Shown: positions 24,216-36,489 of the stretch, piece by piece | How the letters are laid out: the number at the start of each line of letters is the position of its first letter | Position numbering within the stretch: position 1 is the stretch's first letter | Origin: Lama guanicoe | Lineage: Eukaryota | Direction of reading: 5' to 3' | Length of the DNA stretch: 64,000 nucleotides | NCBI GenBank assembly: GCA_013239625.1 | Contig: MU053557.1 | Coordinates: 4,432,123 to 4,496,122, forward strand | Made by a program: the position numbers and the translations under genes | Notes under the pieces: model-generated | Database searches by the model: none | Told to the model about the DNA's origin: nothing | Seen by the model: the letters and a program-made list of their open reading frames with translations, nothing else

Positions 24216-25799
24216 CAACGGTGCAATAATGCAGCGGCTACTGCTGATGTCGTTAACACTGCATATCTGGCTCTCCTCCTGGCCTCTGGCCCCCTGGGGA
24301 CAAGAACTGGCTCACAACCCTGTCTGAGTCCCCAGCCCAGAGCTCAGAAGCCAGGACTCCTTACAAACCCGGTGAACTTTCACAGCCTAAATCTCACCGT
24401 ACCCACCCGCTCCACACATACTGCAAGCACACACAGGACAAAGCAGATAATCAATGCTAACCCAGTGACTGGCTTTGATTGGACCCCAAGGTAGTCCCAG
24501 TTGTCAGTGATTTGATATCTGATTAGAACTGGGCTTTTCTCGTGAAGAAAGAGGAGGCTCCTCCCTGCCCTGCTAGGAGAAGGCTGTACTCTTCGGGAAG
24601 CTCATTCCCCTGCAGGGAGTGGCTGATGAAAGATAATGTTGCCTTCGGTCTTCCTCTTCTCCCTCAAACAATTGAAGGGGCCTTTCCTTTTCCCGTTTGG
24701 CTGGTTTGAAGCCCCTGATGCGCTTCTGCACGTCACATCTTGCCTCTGTGCGGGATCTGTGGCTCAGCCAGCAGACCGAAAAGCATTTCTTTTCAGATGT
24801 CCATGCCAATCTGGGGTGAGCGGGTTGGCATCTTGCAGCCTCTCTGGTGTCCTTCCTGAGCATTTCGTGAGACAAGTTTCCACCCCTACAGAACTGGACA
24901 TGAGGGGAGGGACAATGTCACACTTTCTCCCAGTGTCCTTATCCTTCCTCTTTGCTGGGGAGTGTGTGATCACTGGCACCCTGTGCAAACTCCACACCCA
25001 TCCCAACCTGTCACCCTGAAACTCCTTCCAGATCTACTCATCTAGGATTCCTTTATCTTTATAGAGCCCTGAGTAATTCCTCCTTGGCATAGATAAAAGT
25101 AAATCCAACAGGCATTTACCTTATCAGTTTCCTCCCCTAAGAAATTATTTCAAACACTCTTCAAGGCCTTGCTTGTCCCTGTGCCTGGCAATACTGGCTC
25201 AAGTCCTCCATGGCTTCCAGATCCTGCCTTGAAGCAATTTTGGCAAGAGAAGATAGGGCCTGGTTAAAATAATAAAACACAACAAAACAAAAAAGTATTT
25301 CCCAGAAAATGCTAATGTATAAGACACTATTCCTGGTGCTGTGGTGGCTGCGGTGATGAAGGCAGGCCACTGCTCTGTGAGTGCCCTGTCACACCTGCAC
25401 AGAAGTGCTCAACGAACGTCTGTGGACAACAACACGGCTCTCTAGGGGGGATGAGAGGACTGACGTCTATTGAACGTCTGCTGTGTACCAGGACCTTATT
25501 GGGCACTCTAGGTCCAAAGGTGAACAACAGACAACCCTACAGACAAACTTAGACCTGGTGGAGACAGGTCTGTCCACAGAAAATGTAGTCAGTAAGCGGT
25601 AGGAGAGTGCTGTGAGTACCTAGAGCAGTGGTTCTCAGCCTGGGGGCTGAGTATTTCGAGTGTGAAGACCGCAGGACTTTCTAAAAGGGTTAAAGGGTAT
25701 TTTCCTTTTGCTAAAACAAGCAAACAAACAAAAATCAGACAAGCATCTTTCTTAGATCACTGACTAGAAGATAAACAGAGTGGTAGGGTGTCAGTTTAA

Positions 25800-25985
25800 A
25801 GAACCTAGGATGGGAAGTCCACAGACCTTGTTCCTGACCCTTGTAACCATCATGGACTTGTTAAATGACCTCTAGTCATTTTAACTCTCTCAGCTTCAGT
25901 TTCCACATCTGTAAAATGACTGTGAGAGTATCTGATAGCCTCTCCTCACAAGGGAGCTTTTAAAAACCAAGTGTGATGTTTCATT
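25800..25985 (+). mobile_element. MIR SINE
   Basis: AACTCTCTCAGCTTCAGTTTCCACATCTGTAAAATG core. Confidence 0.7.
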
Positions 25986-26709
25986 ACAAATCATACTAAG
26001 AGATATCATTTATTGGGCGCAGGGGGCTGAAAACCATCTTTTGATCCTCACACCTTTAGTCTCGGCAAAGCTGCCCTGTTTGTGCCACTTGACAGACATC
26101 ACTCCAGAGTGACCATTTATTTTAAAGTATGAGAAATGAGAAGAAATATGAAGAACTGAGAGTGAAAGTCAGGGATTCTACCACCTCCCCACTCCCCTTA
26201 CCCCCTACCACCCACTCCTCTCTCTCCTTTCTCTCTCTCCCCTGCCTCTGCAGCTGCTCCACAATCTGGCTGCATTTCAAAACTTCTTTAAACAGAACCT
26301 TGCCAAAACAATACACAGTCCTCTTCAAAGCATGGTCCCATATCATATTTTCAGGAGCCATAGGAAGTTTAGGTGGGAAGGAGTCAGTGTGTGTGCAGGA
26401 TGCTGGTGACTAGCCAGAGGCCATTACCTGGGGCCAGTCTCCAGGCATTTGGGGTGGGGCTGTGGTGGGTCTTATGATGGACGCCTGGAGGAGGACTGCA
26501 GGGAGGGGGCTGCGTAGCTGAGGTTTCTGAGTAGAGAGGAGAAGGATCATGAGGCCAGCATCCCTCCAGGCTGGACAACCTGGTAAACTTGGGTGGGGGC
26601 CCCAGGCAGCAGCAGAGGGCTTGAAAATCTCTGCAGATGATGCTGACAGCCTTTGTCACTACATCTGACAATCCCAAAGAAGCACAGCAAGACAGAGCTT
26701 TCAGGCTGG

Positions 26710-26865
26710 AAAGTCCATTCTCATACCACCTCCCCTATTTTTGCCATAAGTATATGCCCTACATATCATTCTTCAATTTTTTTTTAATGACTCCACTTTT
26801 CCTTTGAGGAATTTTAAAGGACATTTAAAAGTCACATCAGTGGTAGAAGCTTCCAGTACTCACCA
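26710..26865 (+). mobile_element. MER113-like hAT fragment
   Basis: CATTCTCATACCACCTCCCCTATTTTTGCCATA...CCAGTACTCAC; similar to copies at 31965 and 46975. Confidence 0.5.
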
Positions 26866-26994
26866 TCTCAGTCCTCCTCTTCTCAGACACAAGGGAAGAT
26901 TACAATCTTGGTGTCTCCCACCGCCACCTCTACATACACCACCTTGAGTTGGGCAGAGCCTCGTGATGCTTCTGGCCAATGGATTGTGGAGGAA

Positions 26995-27320
26995 TTAGTC
27001 AATCGTTCAATGAAAGCAATTCAATACAATGTTCTATTTATTAAAAAACACAGAACGATTCTATATATTTTCTACAGTTTGATATACTCTTTAGACATAT
27101 CCATAAATCTATAGATTATAGAAATGTCTGAAAGGATGGATTCACAGCAAATTAAGGGCAGTCTTACCTCCGGTGAGGCACCTGAGCTGCAGATGGGGAA
27201 GGGGAGATGGTAGTTTAAAAAAAGAACTTGAAATTTGCCTCTATATTTTAAATCTTCATAAAGAGAATATTCTTATGGATTACTTATACAAGTAAAAATT
27301 AATTTTAAGGTGAACAGCAA
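26995..27320 (+). mobile_element. Old L1ME 3' fragment
   Basis: AGAAATGTCTGAAAGGATG...GCAGTCTTACCTCCGGTGAGG...GGATTACTTATACAAGTAAAAATT. Confidence 0.55.
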
Positions 27321-27557
27321 AACAAAACAAAAAAAAGAAATAAAACTGGGAAGTTATGTTGGAACTGTATTCTGAAGCACCTGAAATGCCAAGCTATGAG
27401 TTTGTGCTTAATGCTGCAAGCTGCAAAAGCCAAGATGAAAGTGTGGACGGTCATGAGAAGGCCCTGATCCAGGCTGTGATGGTGCTGCCTCCTCCTCCTT
27501 GAGAGGGTGTGGGGACTGGATGCCTAGACATACATGAAGGAGTATGTGTCATAAAGT

Positions 27558-28190
27558 TGAGACAGGAGGGAAGGGGGCAGGGCACAGCCACTCGAGGAAT
27601 GACAGCAACCAAAATGGTGGAAGATTCACCTCCTAGTTGGCCTTGAGGATTAAGAGGTTTGACTTCTAGCAGAACTTGAGCTTCATTATATGCTCATTGT
27701 AACAGCGTGATCAAATAACATGCCCACAGGTGCCATGACAGTCCCAAGGCTAACCGCAAAAGGCTAAAGAATGGGCAGTGGCCCAATTCTGGGAATTTCA
27801 GCCCCTTTCCCAGGACAGTTGAAATGGTCTTACCTGTAGGTGTGTGAAGCTACTGAGCCCATAAAAAGTGGCAACACCACACCTAGTGGCCTTTTTTGCT
27901 CTCTCCCCTTTGGACATGGCCCACACTCTGTCTATGGAGTGTGTACCTACTTTTACTTTAACCCGAGCATCCAATCCCCACACCTCTTTCCTTGCCTTTC
28001 TCTTGCCTTACACTCTATGTATGCAGTATGTATCTCTCTAAATAAATCTACCTTTACTCAACGGTGGCTCGCACTTGAATTCTTTCCTGCACGAAGCCAA
28101 GGACCCACACTTGGTGGGGCATGTCCCAGGGGCTCAACCGAGATGTAGGACTCTGCCCTTCTCACGCCCCACATCCGTTTTCCTTCATCA
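27558..28190 (+). mobile_element. ERV1 solo LTR, MER41-like (cetartiodactyl type)
   Basis: TG...CA ends (TGAGACAGGAGGGAAGGGGGCAGGGCAC ... CCTTCATCA); TATA-like CATAAAA at 27860; CACTCTGTCTATGGAGT; AATAAA at 28041; TTGAATTCTTTCCTGCACGAAGCCAAGGACCC in U5. TSD is degraded (AAGT/GAGC). Confidence 0.85.
27787..27795. promoter_or_regulatory. GAS (STAT) motif TTCTGGGAA inside the MER41-like LTR
   Basis: Exact TTCN3GAA; a second, one-mismatch site TTCCCAGGA at 27807-27815. Confidence 0.6.
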
Positions 28191-28214
28191 GAGCGACTGC
28201 TCTGTCAGCATCCC

Positions 28215-28640
28215 TGGTCTTATCTCCTTCCTTCCACTCTGGTCATTTTGAACTTTCCCATCCTCAGGAACATGCCAAATTCTTTCTGCCTCAGGGATTT
28301 CGTAGCTGCTGTTCCTTACTCCCCCTGTTCCTTTCTTCCCTCTCCTTCTCACCTGTCGGGGTTCAGCCTAAATGTTAGCACCTCAGGATGCCTTCCATCA
28401 CCTGCCCCTGTAAGTCATTCCCCCAGTCCACCATGTGTCTCTGTCAAAGCATCCTGTTGGTTTCCTTTAGGAAACTTGTCACAATCTGTAATCATATCTA
28501 TGGGGGGTTTATTTGCTTTATCTGTTTATTCTTTTTCTTCCCTACTCACAAGTATGTAAACTTCACAAAGGCAGGGTGTTGTGTTCATTGCTGTCCTCCA
28601 ACACCCAGTAGAGTTGCTAGCACAACGTACAGTTAGAAGT
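28215..28640 (+). mobile_element. L2 3' fragment
   Basis: GAACATGCCAAATTCTTTCTGCCTCAGGG...CTTCACAAAGGCAGGGTGTTGTGTTCATTGCTGT. Confidence 0.7.
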
Positions 28641-28659
28641 AGCAGTAGTAATAATAATA

Positions 28660-29070
28660 ATAGCTACTATTTATCAAGCACTTACTATGTGTCAGGCATA
28701 CATTTACATGCTTCACATATGTTGATTCATTTAAATGTCTTAATAACCCTTTTGGGTGGGCATCAATATTGTCCCTATTTTACAGATGAAGAAACTGAGG
28801 CACAAGAGAGCTTAAGAAATTTGACTAAGCTCACACAGCTGGTAAACAACAAGGTCCTACTGCATAGCACAGGGAATTATATTCAATACCTTGTAATAGA
28901 CTATAATGAAAAAAGAATATGAAAAGGAATATATATATATATGTATAACTAAATCACTATACTGCACACTAGAAATTAACACAACATTGTAAATCAACTA
29001 TACTTCAATTTAAAAAAAAAATCACACAGTTGGTAAGTATCAGAGCTGGGATTCCATTCTTGAGTGCGCC
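28660..29070 (-). mobile_element. MIR interrupted by the L1 at 28846-29021
   Basis: TATTTTACAGATGAAGAAACTGAGGCAC...CTCACACAGCTGGTAA|GTATCAGAGCTGGGATTC. Confidence 0.85.
28846..29021 (+). mobile_element. Short younger L1 3'-end insertion
   Basis: ACAACAAGGTCCTACTGCATAGCACAGGGAATTATATTCAATACCTTGT...ACTTCAATTT and poly(A); 15-bp TSD TCACACAGCTGGTAA (28831-28845) / TCACACAGTTGGTAA (29022-29036). Confidence 0.93.
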
Positions 29071-29649
29071 ACAATATTTTGTTGAATGATGAATGGACTA
29101 ATTAACACAATGTTGGTTTGTGGTATTCTTGAGGTCCTTAAACTCCAAGTACCAATGGTGCAATTTGCCTTAGAATAAATGAGAATGATTAGCTTAGTCG
29201 ATAGAGTGTGTGTCTGCAGGGGGGTCATAGCCCTTAGGAGGAAAAGGCAGCTATTTACCATGGAGAGGCAGCAGATCGAGCTTTGTGTGACAGGGTTGAT
29301 GGCAGGGCTGCAAACAAGAAGCAGGGTATGCTGGCACAGACGTGGGCAGCTCACCCCGCCCCAGACCACATTACCTGGAGAACACTCCCTGCCAAGCCCC
29401 ATCACAGCCAGAGCTCTGAGAAAGGAGTTCTGGGAGCAGTGGAGAACTGGTCTCCCCAAGGAAGTCAGAGAAGCCAGCCTCTGAATCAGGAGAGGGAGAT
29501 CTCTGTTCTCTTCTGCCCTGGTCTTTAGCAGCAAGATCTTCCCAGATGCCACACCTTATCAAGTCCTACTAGGTGGATCCCAACAGCTGCCAGCTATGAC
29601 TCTGCATGCAGGCATCAAGAGGAAAAATAACCGTACAAGGCAGCTAAAC

Positions 29650-29950
29650 TCACCATGTTCTCATCATGCGCCAGGTATGGTGTGAGGGGCTTTACATAAA
29701 GTACCTCCTTTAATTCTCATAACAGCCCTGGAGGTTCCTTCAACCTTCATTTTGCCAATAAATGTGGTATCCAGTCCCTGCTGTGTTGATGAATCGAGTA
29801 CTATTTTTAATTCTGTTTTACAGATGAGGAAAAAGAGACTTGGAAAGATTATGTAATTTTCCCAAGTTAGATACAGGCAGCATTATAACCTGAACTCAGG
29901 TCTGCCCAGTGCCAAAACCCTCCTTCTTAACCTCTACTCCACATTGCCTT
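29650..29950 (-). mobile_element. MIR SINE
   Basis: TTTAATTCTCATAACAGCCCTG...TTTTACAGATGAGGAAAAAGAGAC...TGAACTCAGGTCTG. Confidence 0.75.
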
Positions 29951-30106
29951 CTGATTTTAAAACCACTGTTTATTTCTACCTATATGTAAGGTATTGTACT
30001 ATAAACACTAGGAGGAATTATTCAACAAGATAATGTTGCCTGGCTCATAATAAATGGTCAGTAAATGTTAGCTCATGTTATCCTACGTACTATATGCTTA
30101 TATACC

Positions 30107-30569
30107 TTGATGGTTAATTTTACTTGTCAACTTGGCTAGATCACAGTGTCCAGATATTTGGTCAGATGTATCTGGGATATTGCTGTGAAGGCATTTTTAG
30201 ATTAAATTAACATTTAAATCAGTTGACTTTGACTAAAGGAGATTACCCTCCATAATGTGGGTGGGCCTCAACTAATCACTTGAACTTAATAGAAAAAACT
30301 GTCCTCCCCCAAAGGAGAGAGAATTCTACCTCCAGTCGGCCTTCAGACTCAAGCTGCAACATCAACTCTTCCCTGGGTTTTCTTTCTGTTGGCCTACCCT
30401 GCAGATTTTCGATTGGCAACCTTCACAATCACATGAGGTAATTCCTTAAGATAGATAGGGAGGTAAGTAGATAGAGAAATAAACATAGATATAGATATAG
30501 ATATACCCATCATATATATATTACATCCTACTGTTTCTCTTGCTTCTATTTCTTTGGAGAAGCCTGACT
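30107..30569 (+). mobile_element. ERVL solo LTR, MLT2B-like, with an internal (TAGA/TA)n tract
   Basis: TGATGGTTAATTTTACTTGTCAACTTGGCTAG...GATTACCCTCCATAATGTGGGTGGGCCTCA...TTTCTTTGGAGAAGCCTGACT. Confidence 0.9.
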
Positions 30570-31964
30570 CCTGGAGATACTTAATAATGACAATAACCAG
30601 ATGAGCAGATGAAAGCTGGGGAGGTTTATATTAGAGGCAAAGAATTCAAACTGCCCAAATTCCTCTAGAAATCTAGCTCCTAATGAATACAGCCTACAAC
30701 TGTTACAGTCATCTCCACTTCTGTGAAAAGAGCTGATTTTCCTAATTTGGTTAGAAATTAATTAGAGATTCATGGTAGTTCTGCCCATTCCCTCCTCCCT
30801 CCAGGTCTGTTTCCCATCCATAAAGTAAGGACCGTATAACACTTGATGACAACCACAGAAACGAATGGGCAAGTCCACTGAGGGTCAGGTCCTCCCTTTG
30901 CCACCCCCCTAGCTCAGTGTGGAATGGGCGGTGGCAGTGGAGGTGCTGAGGAAAGAGCCCCTGTCTGGCAGCCAGAAATCCCGTGGGCTGGACCCAAGGT
31001 CACCACTCACCAGCCTGGCCCCCTGGGGCAGATCTCACAGGTCCTGGCTTTAGTTTCCTCCTTACCAAAACAGTAGTGATAATAACTACTCTGAGGGTGA
31101 CTGCAAAAATCAACATGAAATTGTGTATGTGACATTGTTTTACAAGCAGTAGGTTTTCCCTCTCAGAAAGAGCAATCAGGCTATTGAGTAACTGTAAGCC
31201 ATTTCTGGACTCCACATCAGAGTGGGGTCAGCCCTGGGCAGTGCTCTGGAGTCAGCCGGCCAGGATGGTTGATGGTCATTGCTCACATGCCCTGTCACTG
31301 CTCACAGGGCGGGTGCAAATCTGGTCCTAGTGCCCCTTCAGTGGCAGCTACTTCAGCTTTGATGCTGGGTCTCATGTTCTCTTCCTAACAGCTCCATGAA
31401 GTCGGCAGCCCAAGCAGGAAGGGGGTTAAACTCACAGCCACACACCGAGGTAGAGGCTGAGTTTGGCTACTGCCCCATCCAGACTTGAAATCCAGTGTCT
31501 GCCCCTCCCCACCTCCAGGTAAGGTCAAGCTGTCAGTCAGAACTTAACCTCATGATTCCAGGGCCAGGAGACCAAAGTGACTCAGTCACAAATCCTCCTT
31601 CTAAAGCTGAGGACCTCTAATCACAGCAGAGGATCTGGGAGACAGAGAAGACTGAAAAGAGAAATTAATTTGGGGGAAAAAAAAAACAGGGAAACATCAG
31701 CAAGATTCTAATCAGAAAGTCACGCTGCCAGCAGAACTGAGAATCATTTGTCAAATGTCTCTCGGAACTCAAACTTGATTATCGCTTTTCCCGTTATCTT
31801 ATGATTTGGGGAAATGAAATAGATTTTCATAAGACTAATCTTGGTCACCAACTCACTTTGTGACATTAAGCAAGTCATTTAGTATCTCTGAGTCTCAGTT
31901 TTCTCTTTCATTAAAAAAAAAACGGCAGTACAAAATCAGTTTCAAGACTTCGGAACTTAGACTT

Positions 31965-32175
31965 CTAGGGTCATGATTTTTGCCATATATATGCCCCACA
32001 GTTACTGTTTATATACATGTATTCATATATTTAAAAAGGAAATTCTCTTATCATGTCATAAATGTAAAAACAGAGCCTCTTGCATTAATAATTCATAATG
32101 AATACATAGTTTTTAAGATTTTTAAAAATTCTCACATGCCAGATCCCTGACAGTGCTCCTCACACTACTTTTCTG
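31965..32175 (+). mobile_element. MER113-like hAT fragment
   Basis: TCATGATTTTTGCCATAT...TTTAAAAAGGAAATTC...CATAAATGTAAAAACAG. Confidence 0.55.
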
Positions 32176-32699
32176 AATCTCTGGCCTCCAGCTCTGACTT
32201 TTCACCAGTGATAAATCTTGATCCCTTGCAGCACTGCTAACTCCCAGGGAAGCTTTCCTGATCCCCTACGCTAAGCTAGTTCCCTCTGCACGTCCCTATT
32301 GAGGCATTTCTTGTGCTTCTCTGTCCTTCACAGAGGTCTGTCTTCCCTGCTAAAAGGCAGTGGCTAGCGTATTGGCTGTTGAGCACAATGCTACACGTGT
32401 CAGCTTGATCACCTTACTTAACAGAACATCTCCAAGACTCACTTTCTTTATCTGCAGAATGAGGTTAATTTTTCCTTTGGTGAATGGAATCTCAAAAGGA
32501 AAGCTGAAAATAATTCAGGCAAGAAAGGCAGAAGAGACTTAAGACGGTAGCCCAGGAGAGTTGAAATCAAGGGAAGAATCTGTCAACTGGAGGAGAGAAG
32601 AGCATGTTTACAAAGAGATTCAATATAATCTACATTGTTCAAAATAATTCAGTCCACTCACATTATTTGATACAACTGTAATGACCACACGTGATGCTT

Positions 32700-32900
32700 A
32701 CTTGTGGTTACCATTGTGCCAAGTGCTTTTTAAGCATGATTTCATCTAATCTTCACAACCATTATTATTCCCATTTTACAGATGAAGATATTAACGGTCA
32801 AGAAGATTACATGTGTGGTCTGGTCCAAGGACACAACTAGAAAGCGGCAGAGCAAGAACTTGAACTTGAATCTGTCTGACCCCAGGACCCAAGCTCTCAT
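32700..32900 (-). mobile_element. MIR SINE
   Basis: TCATCTAATCTTCACAACC...CCCATTTTACAGATGAAGA...CCAAGGACACAACTAGAAAGCGGCAGAGC. Confidence 0.85.
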
Positions 32901-33142
32901 CACCAGTGGCAGGGTTCTTGAACTGCGGTCACCCCTCCTCCAGGTCCCTAGCTGACCCTCCACTCCCCTCCACAGGTTCTGTTGCTTATCTTATGACCAA
33001 CTGAATGTGACCTCTGATAAGACATTGTACCATGTATCTTATCTCTTTTGAAACTGTCAACTTCCTTCTGAGTTATCCCACTTCCTATCTTTCCCTTTTC
33101 CATCCTTTCTGCAAGCATCACCATATTAAAGTAGGCGGTCTT

Positions 33143-33319
33143 ACTGTAGAGCACAAGGAACTATATTCAATACCTTGTAACAGCCGATAATGAATAAGAA
33201 CGTGAAAAGGAATATATATATAACTGAATCTCTATGCTGTGTACCAGAAATTAACATAAAATCGTAAACTGACTATGCTTCCATAGTAAAAATATAAATT
33301 TTTTAAAAAGCAACAAAAA
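33143..33319 (+). mobile_element. Short younger L1 3'-end insertion
   Basis: ACTGTAGAGCACAAGGAACTATATTCAATACCTTGTAA...TGCTGTGTACCAGAAATTAAC; decayed TSD TAAAGTAGGCGGTCTT (33127-33142) / TAAAATACATGGTCTT (33320-33335). Confidence 0.85.
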
Positions 33320-36088
33320 TAAAATACATGGTCTTCATCAAGTGTCAGGAAGCAGTGACCCGCCCCTGCCAAGGAATGACAGTGGCACTGGGCAACCTAT
33401 GCCACTAAGCACCAGCGAATCTGGTGGCTTCTAAATGGAGTTCTACGGTGGGAACTTGAGGACAGAGCATCTGAGAGAGTTGGTCAGCCTCATCTTTATT
33501 ATACAATTGCTCCCTGCATTAAGTGTCATTGGAGCAAAACTAAATTTGGAAAACTACTAACAGAACGGCACTGGACAAAGAGTGCAGAGACCCAAGCATT
33601 CTCCTGGCCATGCCTTGGTCTCCTCATTAGTGATCTGGAAATGACCAGCCTGTCTTACTGCACTGGTGAGGAATCCAACGAGAGACAGTGGACAATACTC
33701 GCAGACACATCAAGTATGCAAGAAGTGTACCCATCAACAAACCCATGTGAAGAATCATGAGTAAAAGCAATGCCTCTCTCCCATATTTGAAACAACCTCT
33801 TTTCCCTTCCCTTGCATGGGTCCTGGCTTCCACTAATGCTGTTTTCATTTTGTCTTCTCATCCCCTCCAGATGCCGTCTCCTTCCTCTGCATCAAGGCAA
33901 ATTATAGGACGTCTTTGGGCTCTATACAACTGATTGTCATCTCTCATCCAACCAGGCTGTTGGTTCAGGGTGACCTAGGGCAGCCACCAGCATAAGAAGA
34001 CCTACCAGCTTTCTGCTCCTTTACATTGTCTTGGCCCTCATCCCCTCCCTATCTCTTCCTCAGAGATCTCTGGCCATCCTGGGACAGGCAAAAGTTGGCT
34101 GGGTCACACCTCCATTATTAGTCCTCTCTGCTCACAGGCTCTCAGATGAGGCAGTCACATAAGGGTGGCCATAGCTCTGAGGACCATGGCCCTCAGCTCT
34201 GCTCTAGGCCAGCCTCGCCACCTGCTGCAACTGCCCCGCAAATTCCAGAAAAAATGATGGACAAGGGACTGAAGCAACAGGTCAAGAAGATAAGGGTTCT
34301 GCCTGTTCCAATTGAAATATTCCTTGTCAAAAGTCAAGAGATTTGCAGGATGCAAGATGTTTCAGCCTAAGCCCCTTCTCTGCCCAGAATAAGGGGGATC
34401 AGAACCTTCCCTGACCCAAGAGCAGGCAGGAGCCATGGGACTGTGCCTCCTTAGTAACAGCAAATTCAAGGGCATTAGGTTCTTAGCTGCATTCAGGGGA
34501 CACTAAGCAGGGCTCACCTGTCTCAGGTGGGCAGTGATTATAAATTTGACAATAATAAGTATTTTAACTTGGAGGAGCTTAACTCCAGGCTTTGAAATTT
34601 AATTCTTTGTGCCTTCTGCCACAAATCTTCCCCATCTCCCCACCTTCTGGAAGTTAAGACTGTCTATCTTCCACAAAACTACATTCTAGGTATTTTTACT
34701 TAATTAATTAGTCAGTCTGTAAAGCATAAATAGGGGTGACCCTCATTTATAGAAATTAACACCCATGAAAGAACTCTAGTGGAGTGAAAGTTCACATCAC
34801 AAAAGGTTGACTCTAAAGTGAGATCCCCTATGGGCATCGAGCATATAATTCGGATTACAAAATTTCAGTTCAGCCACAAATTTTCTGGAATACACATAAT
34901 AGAACAAATCAAAGTCAACTGGAAGCCTCTCATCCTTTCTAGGGAAAGATCCAGGGTAATGAATTCCCAGGCCTTAATGTGCAGCAGAATCACCTGGTGG
35001 GCTCATTAACACGCAGAGCTGCGGCCTTCCTCCACATCTACCTTATCACTATCTCTAGGGTTGAGGCCCAGTTATCTGCACAGGTTGCCAGCTCCTCGGG
35101 CGATCAAAAGCAGGCAGTCTGAGCCACAGCGGCAGGCCCTGTGCTGCATCTGCAGGTGGCAGTCTTCCTGTGCCTGAACAAAGCTTCCTCAGAGCTTGTA
35201 AAGCTTGGAGGTTCAGCCCCTGGCCCACTGCCCACTGGGAGGCCACCAATCAGACACCCCCTTTCACCTAAGAGTTGGCCTCCAGGCTGCTGGACTGAGA
35301 ACCCCCGACATGAGCACCCCAATATCTAAGGGACAAGCCCCTTCCAATCAAAGGCTCAGGCTTGAAATGCTTCTTTCATTATATAGACGAGAGAACAGAA
35401 GACAGAGAGAGAGAAAAGGGCTTGTCCAGCAACACCTGGCAGCCCAGACGGGCTTGTGGGCCGGTCTGGTCTTCTGACCCCTCTGCCGGCAAGCGGCTGT
35501 GCAGCCTCCAGGATTCTGCTCAATGGCCCTTCCTCCAAGAACGAGCCCAAGAGAGAATCAGGGGCCCCTGCTAGGTCCCGTCTCCAGGCTCTGGCTGTCT
35601 CCACACTGATCACAGCTGGTAATGACACATGAGTTCCTGGTGTTCCTCTTCCCAACGAGGCAGTGGAGTCTGCAAGGCAGGGACCTGTTTTGTACGCCAG
35701 AGTTCCTAGCACCTAACACAGCACCCAGCACATAGTAGAAAGTCAATAAATATTTATTGGCTGATGGACAGACAGGCGTTACAGTGGTCTGTCTCTCCTA
35801 CATAATAGAAAATAGAAGTATTGAAAAAGAGAAGGGTTTGCCCACAGCCAGGAACAAGTCTGTGCCATGGGGCCAGTGAAGGCAGGGGGACCTAATTCTC
35901 CCTCAGGCCTCAGTGTCTAGGTTTGGACCAAACAGGCTCTGGCGAACCTTCCAACTCATTAACGGTCTCTATATATTTTAAATCGTATTTAATGAGTCTA
36001 GGGTACGGATAGAATACAAAGTGACTGAACATTACACTAACTCAAAAAGGGGCCAGGGTCTCTGAGGCCACCCAGCTTTATGGTTTCA

Positions 36089-36107
36089 CATCGCCCTCTA
36101 GTGACTG
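36089..36107 (-). promoter_or_regulatory. CTCF core motif candidate
   Basis: Minus strand CAGTCACTAGAGGGCGATG versus consensus CCACYAGRKGGCRS; motif evidence only. Confidence 0.55.
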
Positions 36108-36489
36108 GGACTTGTCACTACATTTTGTGATATTTGAAAAACCGAGTTTCCCCCCGTATCCCGTATCCTGTATCCTCAGGGCTACAGGAACTGAGATGTG
36201 CCGGCCACTGCCCACACTCCACGGCTCCCAACCCTCCAGTCTCAGACAAAGCTCCTTTGATGGACTCCACCTCTCCCAGAATGGTCCTCTCTTAGCCTAT
36301 GAGTACTTCAACCCCAGGATCCATCTGTCACCACCCTAGGGGCAGAGGCTTCAGAGGTCACAGATGAACTATGCCACCCCACCAGGACCCACCAGCCCCT
36401 GCCACACTGAATCCCTGCCATGTCTCTTGGTGTACTGTGCCCTCTTTCCCTTAGGGGTCTGCCCACACACTCCTCTCCCCTCACACCAC

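Noticed and set aside
24797..24815. Plus-strand 19-nt mini-exon (MSMPIW)
   Set aside because: Short pyrimidine tract and no corroboration; such pairs are common by chance.
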